DNA of 64,000 nucleotides from Macrostomum lignano (taxonomy: Eukaryota), in the NCBI GenBank assembly GCA_002269645.1, contig NIVC01001359.1:79651-143650 (forward strand), read 5' to 3'. A program made the translations under genes and the position numbers. Below the pieces are notes generated by a model. That model was given only the letters and a program-made list of their open reading frames with translations, did not search any database and was not told where the DNA came from. How positions within the stretch are numbered: the first letter of the stretch is position 1; each line of letters begins with the position of its first letter. Positions 24,054-35,453 of this stretch are shown here, one piece after another.

Positions 24054-27000
24054 TCTCTAACTATAAAAATGAAAACTCTGTGTGTCTGTGGACAATTTTG
24101 ATCGCTATGGACTCCCAAACCGCTCAACCAAATTACACCAAACTGTATACCCACCCTAAACTTACTACAGAGAATGTCTTAGGCTACCTTTTAACTTCCT
24201 AGACTCAAGTCTTCCTACCTAAAAGTACAAAAAACTGCTCAAAATGCGCGATTTTTTCACTAAATCCTCCATAGCGCCGCTCCACTTCTACCGATTCTCT
24301 TCAAATTTGACACAATCAATCTTTAACTATTTTGACACAATTGTGTAAAATTTCGAGTCTTAAAGTTGATCCCGAACGGCGCTGTGCACTTTTAAAGTTA
24401 GGCTGTTTTTTTCAGCGAGGCAGCCACCCCAACCTCCGCCCGCCTGCCTCCCGATCTGGGCAAAAAGGTGTAAATAGGTTTTAAAATGACTAACTTTTGG
24501 CTGCCATAACTTTGCTCCACGTGAGGCGATTGGCTTCAAATTTAACACAATTCTTAATTGACTCATTCTCTGTCTAAATGTAAAGTCTCAACTCTGTATC
24601 TTAATAAGGACAGAAACTATAAGCATGTGAAGTTTGTCTGCTTTTTCTGTTGTTTGTGCCACTCACTCACTCATTCCCCCAGCCCAGACGAAGGGTCAGG
24701 CGATAGGGCTCAATGTACATAGCGAATGTACAGTATTTTGGAATAACTTTTTAATAGCCGTCTCTGTACCCCCGCGAGTGGAGAGGCGTAGAGAAGAGAG
24801 ACAGTTAAGCGAGAGATTCAAACCACTGTCCTCTGTATAGACACAAGTCTGCAGCAGTTTAACAGTGGATGGCAAATCAAGAGTCAAGCAAGACAATGTG
24901 GGATGGTTTTTAAAAATAGCGAAAAATTAATGAATCCTACTAAATTAGTTAGTTACAGCATGAAGCTTTTAACATTAAGATTCGTATAAGGTAACTTTAA
25001 AATTTAAATGGCTCCTAAGAAATGCGTATTTCCTTGGTTGTTAGACTGCTGCAGAGTGCATGCTCTAATTATAAAGTCTCAACTCTGTAACTCTATCAGA
25101 AAAGAAACTGTAAGCGTGAGAAGTTTGGCTGTTTTTTTCTGGTGTTAGGCCGCTCCCAACTCTTACTCACTCATTCCCCCAGAACAAAGGGGTAGGCCAG
25201 CAGTGTATAGTGATTTGGAAATTAGCTTCGACTTTATTGCGCCCCCTCCCCCGGCCCAGTCAGCACAGTGGAAAAGGCTTTGGTTAGAACTTCTCACCAA
25301 ACTGTTCTAAGCTTGCCCAACCTGCCAACCAGCAGTTTAACAGTTTGACAGAATCAATAGACAGTCATCATAGTTTGTAAAAGCAAAAAATCTCTGAAAA
25401 AGCGATATAGATATAGTTCTACTGAATAAGTAACAAAAAATGCAAATTTTAACATTTCTTAAGTTTTACTTAAGCCACTTAAGATAAAAAATTTTAAATG
25501 CCAGATTCAGTGCAGTACAGTACAGCAGAAAGAGAGCAAGCCTCTCACTCATTTCCACATACCAGGGTCAGTGTGCACGCAACAATGTAGTGTTTAGAAC
25601 AACTTGAATTCTCTCTGCCCCAGTGAAGAGGCTATAAGATGGCAGTTTAGCGAGAAATTCTAACCACTGCCCTAATTCTGATATTTTCTATGACATTTTC
25701 TACATCTCCTCCCTCCTTCATCTGTGTAGGCCTAACTCTGCAAGTTTAACAGTGGATGAAAAAAGCGGCTCACGCACTCATTCCCCCAGAACAGGGGGTA
25801 GGGCTTAGTATACACTGTACACCGTTTTGGAATGACATTATTTTTGGCCTTCCCTGCATGCCCAAGGGACACTGGCTAGGCTGGGATAAGCTGGGCTGCC
25901 GCGGATAGTTCCTTGGTAGGGAAGATATGGTCCATTTACCCCCAGTAGGGAGTCGCTTCCGCCTGCTCCAAGGGGACGAAAGCGCGGACCATGTTGGAGG
26001 CACAGATCGATAGCGAAGGACAGTTTGGTGAGAAATTCTAACCCCCAGGCGCGGATAGAGAAATTTTCGATGGGGGAATGCACACATCTTTTATCTGGGA
26101 TACACAAAACTGACGGGGGTTGCGCTCTTCGCCCTCCTCCCTAAATCCGTCCCTGCTAATCCCTGTCCTACAATTCGTACAGGTCTAAGTCTAACCCTAC
26201 AGTTTAGCAGTGGATGAGGAAGATGGCAATCGATAAGACTAGCATAGTTGTACTGTGGTACAAAAAGCGATACGATGCAATCCTGATTCCTGAATTAGTC
26301 ACACAAAATAGAATTTGTAACACTAAGTCCTATTTAAAGGCACTTTAAAATTCAAATGCCCCAAAGAAAAGCGCATTGGGTCGTTTCACTGCTGCAGCTA
26401 GACGATTGAGATCTGCAAGGCAAAGCAATGCGGCTGAAGCAGGAACATCGCATGGCACAGAGGAAGCAGACAACACAGGTAGCTCTGCCCAGGCCAGATC
26501 GAGTGCAAGTGCGGTAGAAGAACAAGCCCAGAAAAGAAGCCTTCGACCACCGACAAGATCATCGACATCAGCAGCCGGCGCCAGCACTTCCGATGGAACT
26601 GGAGGTACACAGGTTCCTCTCAGGGCTGCAAATTGGGAAGAAAGACGACGTGAACAAAAAAGACAGCAAACAGCCGAGGCACGACGCAATGAAACGACTG
26701 TTCAGACTCAGCAACGACAGGAACGGGACAGAGATCAGACCGCAGAGGCACGACGCAATGAAACGACTGTCCAGACTCAGCAGCGGCAGGAACGTAACAG
26801 AGATCAGACCGCAGAGGCACGACGCAATGAAACGACGGGTGAAGCTGGAGTGCGCCGTGAAGACGATCGAAGACGCCACAGAGAACGCGCTGCGGCCTAT
26901 CGGTTTATTGAGCAAGACGTTGCCCATGACGAATCTGAGCAAGCAATTGGACCACCTCCTTGGGCCCTAAGCTTTGCTCTAAATTATGATCCTACTTTTG

Positions 27001-30000
27001 TTTATAGCAGCCACCCAAAGCTTGCTATCGAAAGAATGTCGAAGAAATGTCAGCATTGCAATGCGTTGAGGTGGGCAAATGAGACACCTGGCATGTGCTG
27101 TAGCAATGGAAAAGTCAGACTCACTCCTCTGAATGAGAATCTACCAGACTATCTTCGCCATTTGTTGCTGGGTAACTCTGAGGAATCGGATCATTTTCTG
27201 TCCAACATTCGACGATACAATAGCTGTTTTCAGTTCACTTCTTTTGGAGCTGAAAGAATAGTTGAAGAGCCAGGCTTCATGCCTACTTTTAAAGTCCAAG
27301 GGCAGGTGTACCATCTGGTGGGATCGTTGCTGCCGCTGCAAGGAGAGGAGCCAAAGTTCCTGCAGATCTACTTCATGGGAGACAGCCACGAGGAAGTTGA
27401 GCGCCGATGTAGGATTGCTCCAGGTGTGAGACCTAACATTGTTTTTGAGCTACAGGAAATTATGCATGCGCATAACAAGTACGTGCGCGATTTCAAAACT
27501 GCTATGGAGCGGCTACCTCCAAATGTAGAGGAACTTCGAGTTGTCATTCACGCAACAAAGACGCCTGCTGGCCAACACGAAAGAAGATTCAATGCACCTG
27601 TTGTTGACGACGTTGCCATTCAAATTGTTGGTCAACAATTTGAAAAGCGAGACATTGTTTTGGAACTGCGAAGCAACCAGTTAACCAGGATATCTGAGAT
27701 GCACAGGGGGTATGATGCTCTGCAGTACCCTCTTATTTTCTGGGAAGGCGAAGACGGATATCATTTCGATATCCCACAGACTGACATTCGCACCGGAAAT
27801 CCATCAGCCACAAAGAAAGTGTCGGCAATGGACTTCTACGCTTATCGGCTCATGGTTCGTGAAGGAAGTTTCAACTACATTCTACGTTGTCGAAAGCTAC
27901 TGCTGCAGTTTGCTGTGGACATGTACGCTAAAATTGAGTGCGAGCGACTGAATTTCATCCGCTTTAACCAAAAGAAGCTTAGAGTAGAAGAGTACATTCA
28001 TCTTCGAGACGCTATTGCCGGAGAGAGAAATCCAAATGAAATTGGCCAAATGGTTATTTTGCCCTCTTCATTTACTGGTGGCCCACGCTACATGCATGAG
28101 CGGACACAAGACGCCATGACTTACGTAAGAAAGTACGGTCGCCCCGACCTCTTTATTACTTTCACCTGCAACAGTGCATGGAATGAGCTTAAATCAGAGC
28201 TCATGCCGGGACAGCAAAGTCAGGATAGACACGACTTAGTGGCCCGAGTTTTTCAACTGAAATTGAAACAACTGATGGAATTCATTACCAAAGGAGCTAT
28301 CTTTGGGCCTACTAGATGCGACATGTACACGATCGAATGGCAGAAACGGGGACTGCCACACGCGCATATTCTGATTTGGCTACGGAACCGGATTAGGCCG
28401 AATCAAATTGATAGCGTTATCCGAGCTGAGATTCCTGATCCAAACGAGGACCCTCAGCTCTACCAAATCGTCACTAAGCAGATGATCCATGGACCATGCG
28501 GCCGTCTGAAGCCAGATTCGCCTTGCATGGTAGATGGCCGTTGCTCCAAGAAATTTCCCAAGGCTCTGCTGCGCGAGACAGTGACCGGCGAAGATGGATA
28601 CCCGTTGTATCGAAGAAGGTCACCTGAGGACGATGGCTTCACCTTTCCAATAATCCTACGTGCAAATGGACAGACTGAGGAGGTCAATTTGGACAACAGG
28701 TGGGTCGTTCCCTACTGCCCACTCCTTTCAAAAGTGTTCAACGCACACATCAATGTTGAATACTGCAACTCAGTCAAGTCAATCAAGTACATTTGCAAGT
28801 ATGTCAACAAGGGCAGCGACCAGGCAGTGTTTGGCCTTGAAAGGCAAGGAGCTGAGCGCGATGAGGTGGCCCGCTACGAGAGTGGACGGTACATCAGCTC
28901 AAATGAAGCTATGTGGCGAATTTTTGGTTTCTCAATTCATGAACGTCACCCAACTGTCATGCACCTCAGCGTGCACCTGGAGAATGGTCAAAGAGTATAC
29001 TTTACCGAGGAAAACATGATGCAGCGAGGTCAGCGACCACCGGGCACTACACTCACTGCCTTTTTTAAGTTGTGTGCTGAAGATGCCTTTGCCAGAACCT
29101 TGCTATACCAGCAGGTACCTACATATTACACGTGGAATGCCTCTTCGAAAAGTTGGAAACGACGAGTTCAAGGCGCTGCAGTTCCAGGCCATCCAGGAAT
29201 GCGGCAAACAGATGCACTGTCTAGAGTCTACACGGTGCACCCAAATCATCGCGAGTGTTTTTACCTGCGCATGCTACTGCACAATGTAGTTGGCCCGATG
29301 TCATTCCAGCACATCAAGACGGTAGAAGGTCAGATCTGCTTAACTTATCAAGAAGCGTGTCATCGAATGGGACTTCTAGAAGACGATGCGCAGTGGAGAA
29401 GCACAATGCAAGAAGCGTCTGTGGTGCGCTCAGCAGGCCAAATGCGAGACCTCTTTGCTATTCTGATTGCCACCTGTGGTCTTTCTAATCCTCTTCAGCT
29501 TTGGGAAGACTTCAAGGAAGATATGGCTGAGGACATTCTCCATCGGGCGCGACAGTTGGTAGAGGAGCAGGAATTGCCCTTCACAGAGGCAGTATTCAAC
29601 GAGGCCTTGCTGCGCATTGAGGATAAGGTTTTAGAACTGACAGATCGTCCCTTGCACATTTTTGGACTTCCAACACCTCCAAGGCATCAACAAGAGAATT
29701 TGAGTAGGGAGATGCTGCGAGAAACTAGCTTTGACCGCGAGCAGCTTCATCAGTTCATTGAGGAAAATGAGCCCCGCCTACTACCTGAGCAGGCAGAGGC
29801 GTACCAAGAGGTACTGCGAAGAGTAAATGACAATTTAGGAGGAATACTTTTCCTGGATGCTCCAGGTGGGACAGGAAAAACTTTTCTGATTAACCTCCTT
29901 CTGTCAAGGGTTAGACACGGAGGCGATATTGCAATTGCTGTCGCTTCCTCTGGAATCGCAGCCACGCTACTTCCAGGTGGTCGCACTGCTCACTCAGCAC

Positions 30001-31961
30001 TAAAATTGCCACTTGATCTGTCAAGAGTTGAAAATCCCCTGTGCAACATCAAGAAGAACAGCGGCACTGCCAGAGTATTGCAAGCCTGCAAGCTTATCGT
30101 CTGGGATGAGTGTACCATGTCCCACAAACTGGCTTTTGAAGCACTTAACCTGACGCTAAAGGATCTTCGGGGCAACAACCAGCTAATGGGTGGTGTCACC
30201 CTGCTGCTCTCTGGAGACTTTAGACAGACGTTGCCTGTAATTCCGCGCGGCACCCCAGCCGATGAGATCAATGCATGCCTCAAATCTTCGCATCTATGGC
30301 CATCAGTTGAGAAGCTGCACTTGCGAACCAACATGAGGGCTGCAGTTTATGGCGATGAAACGGCTCATCAGTTTTCTATCAATCTTTTGCGAATTGGTGA
30401 TGGCCAACTGGAGGTCAGTCCTGAAGATGGGCTGTCACCAATTGCTGCATTCGGTACAATTGTATCTTCTATGCAGGAGCTCAAGGCTAAAGTTTACCTA
30501 AACCTGTCGCACAGATTTTCTGACATTAACTGGCTGTCAGAGAGAGCCATTTTGTGTCCCAGGAATGACGCAGCTAATGGTATCAACTCCCAACTGCTCA
30601 ATGAGCTGCCTGGCAATACCACCAGCTACAAGTCAATTGACACAACAATGACTGATGAAAATGCTGTGGAGTTTCCAATTGAGTTCTTGAACTCTCTAGA
30701 GCCTCCTGGAACGCCATCGCACAACCTCCAGTTAAAAGTGGGTGCACCAATTATGCTACTGCGCAATTTAAATGCCCCGAAGCTGTGCAATGGCACCAGG
30801 CTAATCGTCAAGCAACTCTTTCCGAATGTGATTGAGGCAACAATCGTGACAGGATCCGGCAAAGGGCAGTCTGTGTTTATTCCAAGAATTCCAATTATTC
30901 CATCGGACCTGCCTTTTCAATTCAAGCGAGTACAGTTCCCAGTGAAGGTCTGCTTTGCCATGACCATCAACAAAGCCCAAGGACAGTCGCTAAAGGTGGC
31001 CGGAATCAACTTGGAGTCACCCTGCTTCTCACATGGCCAACTTTATGTTGCATGCTCACGCGTTGGAAGTCCAGCTGGCCTCTTCATCCTTGCTCCCAGG
31101 GGGAGAACAAGGAATCTGGTGTATCCTCAGGCACTGCGATAAACATCTGTGAAAGTTATTACAACTGAACTACATTCACTTTTCACTGACAAAAGCATAA
31201 CTTATCTTAAAGCTGAACTTTTATCTATTTGTTAATTTTATTAAGAACTACCTTAATCAGCAGCAGACGTACCAAGTTCCCCTATTTAAATATTTTTTCT
31301 AGCTATTTTTTTCAAACTTTCTTGCTAGAGTGGACGAACCCCTGAACACGAACTCAAGGACTTTGCTAACCTACTAAAGCAAGAGTCAAATAACTTTCGT
31401 TCCAGACTGGACTAGAACTAGAAGATTGATTTGCAAAGAAAGTTGGCAGAATAAAGCTTGGTACTTCTACTGTTAATTTTCAGTTTCAATACTAAAATGT
31501 TTTTTATCACTCCCCAAATATGTTATTGTTCCTTATCGGTTTTGCTGTTGTCCTGAATATTCACTCTGCTTAGTTTCTCTAGAATAGCCTACTTAAACAG
31601 TACAATTACTTTTCTTTTTTTACTTAGTCTTAGACAGCAACTGCTGTACAGCTTCTTTTTTGTTACGCTTGAAAGCTACGTATTAATCCCATCTCCTTTA
31701 CTTAAAAATATTCAGATAGATTCTATACTGTCCTGATGCTGTAAGCGTTTGTGTAGTCTTAGTTTCTATTCTGTTCTGCTTTATTCTATTCTAGAAATAT
31801 ACTTTTTAATACACATTTATACCAAGTTTCGTTCACACCTCTATCCAACTATTGTCTATTAACAAGTTTTGAGTATGACTTTGGATTTTAGAATACATGC
31901 AAAAAATGGTTCCGGGGATTTGAATTCCCCGGGTTCAAAATCCGCGGGTTTCAACAGCTTG
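24054..31961 (+). mobile_element. Autonomous Helitron, ~7.9 kb
   Basis: 5' A|TCTCTAACTATAAAAATG; RepHel ORF; 3' GC-rich imperfect hairpin (CCCGGG...CCGCGGG) followed by ACAGCTTG; no TSD. Confidence 0.9.
26376..31142 (+). CDS. Helitron RepHel transposase (HUH endonuclease + PIF1-like helicase), 1588 aa, uninterrupted
   Basis: Rep motifs PDLFITFTCN, IEWQKRGLPHAHILIW and YICKYVNK; helicase motifs LDAPGGTGKTF, IVWDECTM, SGDFRQTLPV, FAMTINKAQGQS and HGQLYVACSRV; C/C Zn-finger-like region. Confidence 0.97.
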   Translation: MGRFTAAARRLRSARQSNAAEAGTSHGTEEADNTGSSAQARSSASAVEEQAQKRSLRPPTRSSTSAAGASTSDGTGGTQVPLRAANWEERRREQKRQQTAEARRNETTVQTQQRQERDRDQTAEARRNETTVQTQQRQERNRDQTAEARRNETTGEAGVRREDDRRRHRERAAAYRFIEQDVAHDESEQAIGPPPWALSFALNYDPTFVYSSHPKLAIERMSKKCQHCNALRWANETPGMCCSNGKVRLTPLNENLPDYLRHLLLGNSEESDHFLSNIRRYNSCFQFTSFGAERIVEEPGFMPTFKVQGQVYHLVGSLLPLQGEEPKFLQIYFMGDSHEEVERRCRIAPGVRPNIVFELQEIMHAHNKYVRDFKTAMERLPPNVEELRVVIHATKTPAGQHERRFNAPVVDDVAIQIVGQQFEKRDIVLELRSNQLTRISEMHRGYDALQYPLIFWEGEDGYHFDIPQTDIRTGNPSATKKVSAMDFYAYRLMVREGSFNYILRCRKLLLQFAVDMYAKIECERLNFIRFNQKKLRVEEYIHLRDAIAGERNPNEIGQMVILPSSFTGGPRYMHERTQDAMTYVRKYGRPDLFITFTCNSAWNELKSELMPGQQSQDRHDLVARVFQLKLKQLMEFITKGAIFGPTRCDMYTIEWQKRGLPHAHILIWLRNRIRPNQIDSVIRAEIPDPNEDPQLYQIVTKQMIHGPCGRLKPDSPCMVDGRCSKKFPKALLRETVTGEDGYPLYRRRSPEDDGFTFPIILRANGQTEEVNLDNRWVVPYCPLLSKVFNAHINVEYCNSVKSIKYICKYVNKGSDQAVFGLERQGAERDEVARYESGRYISSNEAMWRIFGFSIHERHPTVMHLSVHLENGQRVYFTEENMMQRGQRPPGTTLTAFFKLCAEDAFARTLLYQQVPTYYTWNASSKSWKRRVQGAAVPGHPGMRQTDALSRVYTVHPNHRECFYLRMLLHNVVGPMSFQHIKTVEGQICLTYQEACHRMGLLEDDAQWRSTMQEASVVRSAGQMRDLFAILIATCGLSNPLQLWEDFKEDMAEDILHRARQLVEEQELPFTEAVFNEALLRIEDKVLELTDRPLHIFGLPTPPRHQQENLSREMLRETSFDREQLHQFIEENEPRLLPEQAEAYQEVLRRVNDNLGGILFLDAPGGTGKTFLINLLLSRVRHGGDIAIAVASSGIAATLLPGGRTAHSALKLPLDLSRVENPLCNIKKNSGTARVLQACKLIVWDECTMSHKLAFEALNLTLKDLRGNNQLMGGVTLLLSGDFRQTLPVIPRGTPADEINACLKSSHLWPSVEKLHLRTNMRAAVYGDETAHQFSINLLRIGDGQLEVSPEDGLSPIAAFGTIVSSMQELKAKVYLNLSHRFSDINWLSERAILCPRNDAANGINSQLLNELPGNTTSYKSIDTTMTDENAVEFPIEFLNSLEPPGTPSHNLQLKVGAPIMLLRNLNAPKLCNGTRLIVKQLFPNVIEATIVTGSGKGQSVFIPRIPIIPSDLPFQFKRVQFPVKVCFAMTINKAQGQSLKVAGINLESPCFSHGQLYVACSRVGSPAGLFILAPRGRTRNLVYPQALR

Positions 31962-33894
31962 TCTCTACCTATAAAAATCAAAACTGTCTGTCTGTGTATG
32001 TACAATTTTGTTCGCTATGGACTCCCAAACTGCTCAACCAAATGACACCAAACTTTACACCCACCCTAAACTCACTACGGAGAATGTCTTAGGCTACCTT
32101 TTAATTTCCTAGACTCAAGTCTTCCTACCCAAAAGTACAAAAAACTGCTCAAAATGCACAATTTTTTCACTAAATCCTTTATAGCGCTGCTCCACTTTTA
32201 CCAATTCTCTTCAAATTTAGCACAGACAATCTTCAACTATTTTGGCACAATTGTGTAAAATTTTGAGTCTTAAAGTTAATCCTGAGCAGTGCTGTGCACT
32301 TTTAAAGTTAGGCTGTTTTTTTTAGCGTAGCAACCACCCCAACCTCTGCCCGCCTGCCTTTCTTTCCCTTATCTTGCAAGATGTGGAAAATGGGTTCAAA
32401 AATTGACTATATTTCGGCTGCCATAAGTTTGCTCCATGTGAAGCAATTCTTCTTGACACAATTCTTCATTGACTCATTCTCTGTCTAAATGTTAAGTCTC
32501 AACTCTGTATCTCAATCAGAATAGAAACTGTAATCATGTGAAGTTTGTGTGCTTTTTCTGTTGTTTGTGGCGCTCAACTCACTCATTCCCCCAGTCTAGA
32601 CAAAGCATCAGGTGATAGGGCTCAATGTACATAGCAAATGTACAGTGTTTTGGAATAACTTTTTAGTAGCCTTCTTTGTACCCCTGCGAGTGGAGAGGCG
32701 TGGAGAGGAGAAAGTTTAGTGAGAGATTTAATTTCAAACCACTGTCCTCTAAATAGACAGTCTGCAGCAGTTAAACAAGGATAGCAAATCAAGGCGATGT
32801 GGGATAGTTTGTAAAAATATTGAAAAATTAATGAATAACTGATTACAATGCAATCCTACTAAATTAGTTACACCATGGAAATTTTAACATTAAGATTCGC
32901 ATAAGGTACTTTAAAATTTAAATGGATTCTAAGAAATGCATATTTCCATGGTTGTTAGACTGCTGCAGACTGTGGTGGTGGAGCTGTAGATATACAAATT
33001 TCTCTCACGGCTGCTAATTGACCAGAAAGATGACGTGATTAAAGCATAAGAAATTATAACAACCATGATAGTACTACATCCCACAAACTGGCTTTCGAAG
33101 CAGGGATCGGCAGATTTTTATCTCAAAGGCCAGATAAAGAATCTAGCTCATGGCTACAAGCCAGATGAGAGTGAAAAAGAAAAGGAATAGATTATTAAAA
33201 AGGGAGGAGAGGCAAGAGGGGATAAAATAAAAGATAGAAGATAACAGGAGAGACATACGAGGAGGTTGAGGAGAGAGCAGAGAATATGGGACGAAGAAGC
33301 GAGAGGAGGGGAGAGAGAATGGAGAGGAAATAGTAGAGGTGAGAAGATAGAGAGAAGAGGAGAGAGATGAGACAGAGGATCAAGGAGAGAGGAGAGTAGA
33401 GAAGAGTGAGATTAGAGAACAAAGAGGAAATGAGAGTATTGAGAGGGGGATTAAAAAGGATAGAGAGGAGATAAAAGGGGGAGAGACGAGTGAGAAGAGA
33501 GAAAAGAGAGATGAGAGAGAGAGAGAGTTAAGAAAGAAGAGAGGACAAAGGAGAGATGATAGAGTAAAGGGAAGATGAGGAGAGAGGAAAGAGATGAGAT
33601 TGTAAAGAAGAGTGAGATAAAATGAAATATGAGAGAGTAGAGTAGAGATGAGAGATGAAGGAAGAGAGAGCAGAGTGCGGAGAGACAAGAAAAGAGAATA
33701 GAGGGGAGAGAGTATAGAAGAGGGAAGAGAAGAGAGGAGTAAGGAAAAAGAGGAGTCAGAAGAGGGGAAAGAGAAGAGTACACAGTAGAGAGGAGAGTAG
33801 AGATGACAGAAGAGAGAGGGGAATGAGAGAGCAACGATGAGAGTGAACAGACGATATAAGAGAGGAGAGAGGAGGGTGAGAGAGAAGAGAGAAG

Positions 33895-33936
<42 letters not shown>

Positions 33937-35006
33937 AGAAGAGAGAAGAGATGAGAAGAAAAAAGAAAGGATCGAGTCCTCCTGAGTCAAAAAGGGGAAA
34001 GAGAGGAGTATAGGGGAAGAGATGTGAGAGAACATGAGAGTAAAGATGACAGATAAGAGAGGGGAGATGAGAGAGCAGAAACGAGAGTGAACAGACAAGA
34101 GATGGGAGAGTAGAGAGAAAAGAGGAAAGATAAGAAATAAGGGATGAGAGGTGGAGACAAGGGAGAGATAAGAAGTGAGTGAGGAGAGAGGAGGGGAAGG
34201 GAGAAAATCGAGAGGACGGGAAATTTGTGAAAAGGACGAGAAAGGAGAGGAAAGAGGGGAGAGAAGAGAGATAGGATAGGAGAGAGCAGAGAGATGAGAG
34301 GAAAGAGTGGACAGAGGAGAGGAAAGAGTGGACAGAGGAGAGGAAAGAGTGGACAGAGGAGAGGAAAGAGTGGACAGAGGAGAGGAAAGAGTTGAGAGAA
34401 GAGAGGAAAAAGGAGAGAGTAGAGATAAGGAAAGTCTTGAGAGAGGGTAGAGTAAGAAGTGAGAAGAGAGGTGAGGGAAGAGAGAGCAGAGAGCAAAGGG
34501 AAGAGAGAGCAGAGAGCAAAGGGAAGAAAGAGTAGAGAGCAGAGAGAAATGAGAAAAGATAAAACAGGAGAAAGGAGATATGAGAGACCAGAGACCAGAG
34601 CAAAGAGAGGAGAAGAGAGAGAAAAGAATAGAGGGGAGAGGGAAGAGACAAGAGAGGAAAGAAGAAAGAAGAGATAAGAGGGGAGAGAGAAAAGAGACAA
34701 GAGAGAAGATAGGAAACAGAAAAGAAGATGGAAGTTTCAAAGGATGCAAAGGACATAGGGAGAGGCAGAGGTACGTAGAGGCCAGAGTTTGCCTGACATT
34801 CTGCGTAGCACCCCAGCCAACAATATCAATGTTTGCCTCAAATCCTAATTTTACATGAATGTACACTATTTTATGTTTAACTCTACCCTAACTATTAACA
34901 AGGGAACAAGTTTTTTTAAGTTTTACCTCAGATTTTAGAATACATGCAAAACAATTCCATGGAATGGAGTTCCCTGGGTTCAAAATCTGCGGGTTTCAAC
35001 AGCTTG
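31962..35006 (+). mobile_element. Non-autonomous Helitron of the same family, head-to-tail with the autonomous copy; interior replaced by a GA-rich tract
   Basis: 31962-32970 aligns with 24054-25050; 3' end GGGTTCAAAATCTGCGGGTTTCAACAGCTTG|T matches 31930-31961. Confidence 0.88.
33195..34730. repeat. About 1.5 kb purine-rich (GA) low-complexity tract inside the non-autonomous Helitron
   Basis: Nearly all A/G on the plus strand; includes (GA)n and short local repeats such as GAGGAAAGAGTGGACAGAGGA. Confidence 0.9.
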
Positions 35007-35453
35007 TAAGAGCATAAATATTATCAAGATTTATCTTGTTCTTTGTATCAAATATTGACATATGCTTGCTAATAAACAAATCACTATTATACATTATAAG
35101 TGATTAGTTCCAAGCAGTTATATTCATTATCCCAATCCCTACCTATCTGGCCTTAACAATAAATGAAAAACAATATAATCATCACTTATAGAAATGTATG
35201 GCTGAATAGTATATAAACAAATATTAAAGAAAAATGTAAAAACTTTGCACTGTATTTATAGATTGCATTTCTTAGATAGTTCAAAAATAAAAACAACTAA
35301 TTATTAGTATAAATATAGTAGATATACAGGTATAGATCTAGAAAATTTTTAACAAGGGGGGCATAGATACTAAGGTACATATATATGAATATTATCTACA
35401 TGTATATATATACAACAATGTGTATGTTCCATATAAAAAAATAAATTCTTAAT

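Noticed and set aside
26345-30862. Short antisense and alternate-frame ORFs overlapping RepHel (and similarly within gypsy pol)
   Set aside because: Expected shadows of a long GC-balanced coding sequence; no independent motifs
33380-34866. Long ORFs of 458, 471 and 237 aa rich in Leu/Ser/Phe
   Set aside because: They are translations of the CT-rich strand of a GA low-complexity tract, which lacks stops by composition; no domain signal
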